DNA of 64,000 nucleotides from Thermoproteota archaeon (GTDB lineage Archaea > Thermoproteota > Nitrososphaeria > Nitrososphaerales > Nitrosopumilaceae), in the NCBI GenBank assembly GCA_040757675.1, contig JBFLWI010000002.1, forward strand, positions 55,217 through 119,216. Direction: 5' to 3'. Numbering within the stretch: position 1 is the first letter of the stretch; each line of letters starts with the position of its first letter. Under the pieces are notes generated by a model, which was given only the letters and a program-made list of their open reading frames with translations, made no database searches and was not told the origin of the DNA. A program made the position numbers and the translations under genes. Below are positions 58,157-64,000 of this stretch, piece after piece.

Positions 58157-59341
58157 TTACAACTCATTTATGATGGAAGTTGATTTACCAGAATTCATTT
58201 TGTTGTTCATTATAATATAGTAGATACAATTTGCGGTGGTAGATAAGACAAAAGCCAAAGATATTCCAATAATGCCTATCATAGGGCCTAGGACAACAAC
58301 CCCAGCTATATTCACCGATAATGAAATGATCGTACCAATCAGTACTATTCTATTTTTTTCCATGCCCAGAAACTTGGAACCTAACATAAGGCCAATTGTA
58401 GCAGGAATGGGATGAAAACTCAATATCAATATAGCATGAATAGCTAAAATGTAATTTGGAAAGAAAAATGATATTATAATTGGCGCTAAAACTGCGGCAA
58501 TGACTGAAATAATCGTTGAAATAACCACAGTAACTTTTTTTACAGTTATGGTGGATTTGCCACTTGCATCAGTAGGTACGGTATATTTGTAAATTACATT
58601 TGGAAATATCATTAATATAGCAACTATCTGTAATGCAAAAGAATAGTTTCCAAGCAACTCTAATCCTAAAATGGGAGCAATAATCAGCTTGTCTACTTGA
58701 CCTCTGGCAATGCCTGAAAATGTGTATGCAAAATTAGTTAGAAAAAAATTTAATCTTTCTCTAATTAACACAAAATTAACTTTTGAATCTCGTAAACCAT
58801 AACATATTTGATATAAGTAAGGTGCAAACGAAAGTGCTAAACCATAAAAAACACCCTCCTTTCCAAATATAAAATATAGTGAAAATGCAAAAATAACTAG
58901 AAGGATTTTTTGCAGAATGAAAAATTTAGAATATAGCTTAAATTGTTTGTTGCCAAAAATTTCTGCAATAGCCAAATTACTGATAATGAATGCTAGTGTT
59001 AGAATTATCAACTCGATTTTATTATACATAAAGTACAATACTAAAGAAGCAATTGTACTTGCTATTAGAGTAATTACATATAGTGTTGATTGAATTTTTA
59101 CTTGTTTAGGAAGATAGACCTTTAAGGTATTTTCAGAGCCTAATAGAGATATTGATGCTGTAATAGATGCGATCGCTATGTAGTAATGTATGAACCCATA
59201 ATCTTGTGGGATCATAATGGATGCCAGATAAAGCCAAAATACTGCAGCGATTGCACTTCCAGCAAGATCTGCAATTCCAATGGCAGAGATATTTTTGACA
59301 GTTCCCAGATTGCTTTTTACAATGTTCCAAAATCTGTTCAT
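58157..59341 (-). CDS. Oligosaccharide flippase (Wzx/MOP family)
   Basis: About 12 TM segments, DYG, DKLII...LGNYSFA. Confidence 0.85.
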   Translation of the reverse strand: MNRFWNIVKSNLGTVKNISAIGIADLAGSAIAAVFWLYLASIMIPQDYGFIHYYIAIASITASISLLGSENTLKVYLPKQVKIQSTLYVITLIASTIASLVLYFMYNKIELIILTLAFIISNLAIAEIFGNKQFKLYSKFFILQKILLVIFAFSLYFIFGKEGVFYGLALSFAPYLYQICYGLRDSKVNFVLIRERLNFFLTNFAYTFSGIARGQVDKLIIAPILGLELLGNYSFALQIVAILMIFPNVIYKYTVPTDASGKSTITVKKVTVVISTIISVIAAVLAPIIISFFFPNYILAIHAILILSFHPIPATIGLMLGSKFLGMEKNRIVLIGTIISLSVNIAGVVVLGPMIGIIGISLAFVLSTTANCIYYIIMNNKMNSGKSTSIINEL

Positions 59342-59345
59342 AAAA

Positions 59346-60230
59346 TCAATGATGTTGTTCTCTTACAAGATTTACCATGGAATAGAGTATTATTGCTGTT
59401 ACAGTAAGTATAGCGCCTATCAATATTGTACCAACAGCTATGAGTGTTAGGTTCGTAATCAAATCATGAGAAATAGCGTATTCCTGTATTGCCCATACTG
59501 TGAAGATTAAACCTATTGTTAAGAAGATAATTCCAGGGATACCATAAAATTTCAAAGGACGTTCAATTGATGTGAATTTAACAATACTCATAAAGACCGA
59601 AGCGCCATGTGATACGGGATTATGCGTAGATGAATCTTTATCGTAAAGTATTGTTATTGGGACTTCAACAATACTAAAACCATGTTTACTTGCTTTAATC
59701 AAGATCTCAGTTGACGCACCCATCCCATATTCTGAAGGAGTTATGGCATCTAGAACTTTTCTACTATATGCTCTAAAGCCACTTTGAGCATCTGAAATCT
59801 TCTTCCCAGTAGACAGATTAGATAATTTTGTTAACGCTTTGATCCCAATTTTTCTATATGGGGGAACATAACTCTCTCCCTCTTCATTAAACCTTGATCC
59901 TATGACAATATCTGCTTGATTCTTTAATATTGGTTCTATTACGGCTGTTATGTCTTCTACTCTATGTTGACCATCTGCATCAAATGTAACTAGAACATCT
60001 GCACCAATTTCGCGTGCTTTCAAAAAAATACTTCTAACACCAGCACCATAACCCAAGTTCTTTGGATGATTAATAACAATCGCACCAAGCTTTTCTGCAA
60101 TCTCCGCCGTCATATCAGAAGAACCATCATTGCAAACTATGATGTTTTTTGTAATCTTCTTTAACTTCAAAATTAATGGTCCTATGTGTTTTTCTTCATT
60201 ATATGCTGGTATTCCTACAAAGATTTCCAT
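59346..60230 (-). CDS. Glycosyltransferase family 2 (DPM1-like) with two C-terminal TM helices
   Basis: IPAYNEE, NDGSSD, NLGYG, DADGQH, IGSR, DAQSGFRAY. Confidence 0.9.
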   Translation of the reverse strand: MEIFVGIPAYNEEKHIGPLILKLKKITKNIIVCNDGSSDMTAEIAEKLGAIVINHPKNLGYGAGVRSIFLKAREIGADVLVTFDADGQHRVEDITAVIEPILKNQADIVIGSRFNEEGESYVPPYRKIGIKALTKLSNLSTGKKISDAQSGFRAYSRKVLDAITPSEYGMGASTEILIKASKHGFSIVEVPITILYDKDSSTHNPVSHGASVFMSIVKFTSIERPLKFYGIPGIIFLTIGLIFTVWAIQEYAISHDLITNLTLIAVGTILIGAILTVTAIILYSMVNLVREQHH

Positions 60231-60313
60231 TTTCTGACCTTTTACTCATTAATCATATTAGAATTGTGTATAAAACGTACTATTCAAAAAAATTGAGCAC
60301 ACCAAACATAAAC

Positions 60314-61465
60314 CTACTGTAGAATACAATCTATTACTTTAGTCTGCAGGGATTTTGAAATTTGAGAATACAACGGCAACGAGATTATCTCTTTATAAAC
60401 CATTTTTGAAACTGCCAGTTTATCGTATATTTTCGCCCTCTTTTTAATGACTGTGAATTGATGCAGCGGCTTGTAATGAACTGATGTTCTTATGCCATTT
60501 TTGAGCAACCTTTCAAACAATTTGTCACGATTCAGATGACGTCTTGATTTTATTTTTAATATATACAGATGGCATGAGTCCTCTGCAGATACTTTGGGTG
60601 TAATTATCCAGTCATGACCTTGGAATTTTTTATTATAAAATTCGCATGCTTTCATTCGTCGCAAATTAAAACTATTAATTCTTTTTAACTGACTTAGACC
60701 CAAGGCAGCTCTTATCTCATCAAGCCTATAATTGTATCCAGCTTCTAATACATCATATTCCCATGGCCTACCGCCAGTATACCTTTGTGCTAATGATTTT
60801 GTAATGCCATGGTTTCTTGCAGTCTGAACATAATCTGCAACTTTTTTTGAATTTGTTGTGATCATACCACCTTCAATAGTGGTGATATTTTTGGTAGGAT
60901 AGAAACTGAAACAACCTGCATCACCAAATGTGCCTACATGTTTTCCAGCAAATCTAGTTCCTATGGCATGAGCACAATCCTCTATTACAACCAAATTGTT
61001 TTTCTTTGCTATGTGATTTATTTCACGCATATTACATGCCTTTCCGGCAAAATGCACAGGAAGAATTGCCTTCGTCTTTGATGTCAAACTTTTTTCAATT
61101 GATTTTGGTGATATGTTGAGATCATCATAGTTAATGTCTGCAAGTACAGGGGTTGCACCAGCTAATATCACAGAACTTGCGGTGGCGACAAAGGTCATGT
61201 CTGGTATTATTACCTCGTCACCCTTTCCTATTCCCAATGCTCGGAGGGATAGATGTAGAGCGGATGTGGCGTTAGAAACTCCCACGGCATGTGAAGAACC
61301 TACAAATGTGGCAAAACTCTTTTCAAATTTTCTTAGAATAGGTCCATCTGTGAGAAGTGGCATTTTTAATGCATCAAGTACGTTTTTTCGATCTTCATTA
61401 GTTATCTCTGGGGCAAAAAAGGGAACCTTTATCAATTTGTCGTTAAATGCGTCTTTGATTTTCAC
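60314..61465 (-). CDS. DegT/DnrJ/EryC1/StrS sugar aminotransferase
   Basis: SNATSAL, TFVATA, PVHFAG, EDCAHA, SFYPTKNITTIEGG, GYNYRL. Confidence 0.92.
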   Translation of the reverse strand: MKIKDAFNDKLIKVPFFAPEITNEDRKNVLDALKMPLLTDGPILRKFEKSFATFVGSSHAVGVSNATSALHLSLRALGIGKGDEVIIPDMTFVATASSVILAGATPVLADINYDDLNISPKSIEKSLTSKTKAILPVHFAGKACNMREINHIAKKNNLVVIEDCAHAIGTRFAGKHVGTFGDAGCFSFYPTKNITTIEGGMITTNSKKVADYVQTARNHGITKSLAQRYTGGRPWEYDVLEAGYNYRLDEIRAALGLSQLKRINSFNLRRMKACEFYNKKFQGHDWIITPKVSAEDSCHLYILKIKSRRHLNRDKLFERLLKNGIRTSVHYKPLHQFTVIKKRAKIYDKLAVSKMVYKEIISLPLYSQISKSLQTKVIDCILQ

Positions 61466-61491
61466 TTAGGAAGATTTCATAATTCTATAAT

Positions 61492-62673
61492 TTATCTATT
61501 GAGTATTTCTTTGTAGAGCTCTAATGTCTTTTCTGCCATTTTGTTTGAGTTACATGTGTTCTTAACAAGTTTGTGTCCTGCTTCTCCGTATCTAGTTCGG
61601 AGGTCATTATCATGCAATAGTTTCAAAATTGCGTCGCCTAATTCTTTTTGATTCTCCGGTTCTACTAGTATTGCATTTTCACCATTTGTAACGGTGTGGG
61701 GAATTCCATGCGCAACAGTGCTTATGATCGGTTTTTTAAAGGCAAACCCCTCCAAAGGAGTAAGTGGAGAAAGCTCCCATCTCGATGGCAACACTAGGAA
61801 TTCGCATTCTTGATAAGCTGATATCACATCAATACGGGGAGGCCGTTTGATCACATAAACCGTATCGTTGATCATTAATTCTTCAATCATGGAAATCATT
61901 TTTTTCTCAAAACCAAAGTCCACTCCCATTATAACCAATTTGGTGTGTTGCTTTCTTACCGCATCATTAATCAATGCCCATGCCTTGAGTAATGTATCTA
62001 CACCCTTCACTGTACTGAATCTACCAACAAACAAGACAAACCTATCTGAAATTCCATATTTTTTTCTAAAATCTACAGAATCAGAATACAACTCATCCAA
62101 ACTTATGCCGTTTCTAATGACAACAATCTTAGACTCATCGCAAAACTCCAAAAAGATTTTCTTTTCATATTCGTTTGCTACAGAAATTTTTGTCGCTTGA
62201 TTTATCACAAATTTTATCATCGGGTTTTGTAATTTGTAGGATATTTTTTTGATCAAACTTCCTTGAAGATCAGGATGTGTTGTAAGGCCTCCCTGATCTG
62301 ATATGACAAGAGGAATGCCAAGTTTTTTTGAAACTCGTGCAGCTATGAATGATTGGAAGCTTCTAACCCCAATAGCATGTATTATATCGGGCTTGTCTCT
62401 CTGTAGCTGAACAGACATACCTGGATTTACATAAAATAACTGGAATGAAAACCAAACATGAGTGCGATTGATCTTAAATCCTTGAACAGTTTCTAACCGT
62501 GGTAGATTTTTATTAAAAGTTTTTGCGTTATTTGCAAAGTCAAGATCTGTCGTGTATATTGTAACGTCGTGCCCAGATTTTGAAATTTCACGCGCTATAT
62601 CCACACATAGAAACAAAATTCCACCAAATTGAGTGGCTGGAAGGGATGCAGGGCACACTAATGCAACTTTCAT
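61492..62673 (-). CDS. Glycosyltransferase family 4
   Basis: FGG, FVGRFS..KG, PSRWELSPLTPLEG; start taken at MKVALV. Confidence 0.88.
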   Translation of the reverse strand: MKVALVCPASLPATQFGGILFLCVDIAREISKSGHDVTIYTTDLDFANNAKTFNKNLPRLETVQGFKINRTHVWFSFQLFYVNPGMSVQLQRDKPDIIHAIGVRSFQSFIAARVSKKLGIPLVISDQGGLTTHPDLQGSLIKKISYKLQNPMIKFVINQATKISVANEYEKKIFLEFCDESKIVVIRNGISLDELYSDSVDFRKKYGISDRFVLFVGRFSTVKGVDTLLKAWALINDAVRKQHTKLVIMGVDFGFEKKMISMIEELMINDTVYVIKRPPRIDVISAYQECEFLVLPSRWELSPLTPLEGFAFKKPIISTVAHGIPHTVTNGENAILVEPENQKELGDAILKLLHDNDLRTRYGEAGHKLVKNTCNSNKMAEKTLELYKEILNR

Positions 62674-62732
62674 TATTTTATCTGTCCCTTGGTTTGACCA
62701 ATATTTTCCAAGCAATGTGATTTAGTTTTGGC

Positions 62733-63506
62733 TCATTTTTTTGCATAAAGCATTCCAAGATTCTTTGTTGTTGAATTGTCGATTATTTGAAAATTCAAAG
62801 ATAACAACCTTTTTTTTAAGATATAAAGTGGTTCGTAGTTATTTTTTAAAATATGGTACTCCATGCAAATTTTTTGAATTTTCTGCAAATAATCGTCCGG
62901 TGTAGACTGAAAAATCTCATATTCGGAACCTTCACAGTCCAACTTAAGTAAATTACAAACCTTGATTTGATTTGTATCAATGATATGGTTCAAAGTTATT
63001 GCATTCACTTCAACATATTCTCCCCCAATCCCATAAACACTATGCGCAGCTTGATCAACACTATTTAGATAAATTTTAACAGCTTTGTCTTTGCCAGAAA
63101 CTGCATTATTGAAACAACTTACATTAGTTAATTTATTGAGATGGATGTTTTCCACAAGTAAATCAAAATTATCTTTTATTGGTTCGAAACAAAAAATTTT
63201 TCCAGTTTTACAGTACTGCGCAGCATAGAGCGCAAATAATCCAACATGTGCACCTATGTCTATTATTATGTCGTCATCTTTAATCTCAAAGCCCGGTTTA
63301 AGATATTCATGTAAGATCCAGACATTGATGAATGCCATCAAATCTGTCGATGCCGCCCTCAGACTAATTTTGATACCATTTCTGGTTTCTAAAACAACAA
63401 CGCCTTTCGCAAGATGGAAATACAAAACCACAAACATATGCCAGTTCTTGATAATCTTAGTGACTCTACAAAGAATCCGAATCTTGGTACCTAAACTTGC
63501 GCCCAA
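62733..63506 (-). CDS. FkbM-family methyltransferase
   Basis: DIGAHVG, FEP, LKLDCEGSEY. Confidence 0.9.
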   Translation of the reverse strand: MGASLGTKIRILCRVTKIIKNWHMFVVLYFHLAKGVVVLETRNGIKISLRAASTDLMAFINVWILHEYLKPGFEIKDDDIIIDIGAHVGLFALYAAQYCKTGKIFCFEPIKDNFDLLVENIHLNKLTNVSCFNNAVSGKDKAVKIYLNSVDQAAHSVYGIGGEYVEVNAITLNHIIDTNQIKVCNLLKLDCEGSEYEIFQSTPDDYLQKIQKICMEYHILKNNYEPLYILKKRLLSLNFQIIDNSTTKNLGMLYAKK

Positions 63507-63584
63507 CTATGCGTTTTATTCTCAATTTCATTAAATAGATAACGTAGTATGAATTTTTAACTAACTGTTAGATTGTTTACATTT

Positions 63585-64000
63585 ATGAAAATTATGATAA
63601 CTGGTGGCGCTGGTTTTGTGGGAAGTCATCTTTGCGACGCATTGGTTAAGGATAATCACAAGATAATCGTGCTTACAAGGACCAGCACGAAATTAGACAA
63701 CATAACACATTTACTAAACAAGATAACTGTGGAAAAAATAGACATAACAGAATTTAGCAAACTTGGAAAATGCATTGAAAAACACAAACCTGACGCCATA
63801 ATCCATCTGGCAGGACAAACTTCACACTCCAAATCATTTGAAGATCCTATGTATGATATTGACGCAAATACAAAATCTACCCTCTTTATTTTAGAAAAAA
63901 TCAGATCATTAGGCCTAAAATGCCGATTTGTGCTAGGAAGCACGTTTATTGTTATAGGCAAACCAAAAAAACTACCTGTCGATGAAGATACACCTTGCAA
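63585..64000 (+). CDS. NAD-dependent sugar epimerase/dehydratase (3'-truncated by window, not in ORF track)
   Basis: MKIMITGGAGFVGSHLCDAL...PDAIIHLAG; frame is open to the window end. Confidence 0.9.
   Translation, partial: MKIMITGGAGFVGSHLCDALVKDNHKIIVLTRTSTKLDNITHLLNKITVEKIDITEFSKLGKCIEKHKPDAIIHLAGQTSHSKSFEDPMYDIDANTKSTLFILEKIRSLGLKCRFVLGSTFIVIGKPKKLPVDEDTPC

Noticed and set aside
1-64000. CRISPR arrays, cas genes, rRNA genes or transposase ORFs
   Set aside because: No regularly spaced repeats or matching protein/RNA motifs were seen by eye.
63656-64000. Tracked minus-strand 114-aa ORF at the window end
   Set aside because: It is the antisense shadow of a + strand epimerase starting at 63585 that runs off the window.

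Overview
Archaeal chromosomal segment, most likely from an ammonia-oxidising thaumarchaeote (Nitrosopumilales-like). This assignment is an inference from gene content: cbi cobalamin genes, bacterial-type MetK, GrpE-DnaK-DnaJ, GatDE, tetraether synthase and frequent TTG/GTG starts. About 1-41 kb is housekeeping: an AglB oligosaccharyltransferase fused to a cyclophilin, aIF2-alpha/Nop10, cobalamin synthesis, RadB-like/Lhr/RPA, an ABC exporter, tRNA-Gln and tRNA-Leu, chaperones, GatDE, Cdc48, Rpl2, SRP RNA, Pelota, DtxR and TrmB regulators, and Tes. About 41-64 kb is a visibly AT-richer surface-glycan biosynthesis island with many glycosyltransferases, methyltransferases, NDP-sugar dehydrogenases, a flippase and a PMT-like transferase. 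Features missing from the ORF track include: a 378-aa LAGLIDADG intein at the catalytic Cys of an NDP-sugar dehydrogenase; a 180-bp inverted-repeat element with 8-bp flanking direct repeats that encloses a 26-codon ORF upstream of the ABC exporter; a candidate box C/D sRNA; the SRP RNA; several metal-binding microproteins; and a decayed VapBC pair plus an orphan homologous antitoxin. Two ORFs labelled + in the track (2610..3461 and 3458..3994) are actually on the minus strand.
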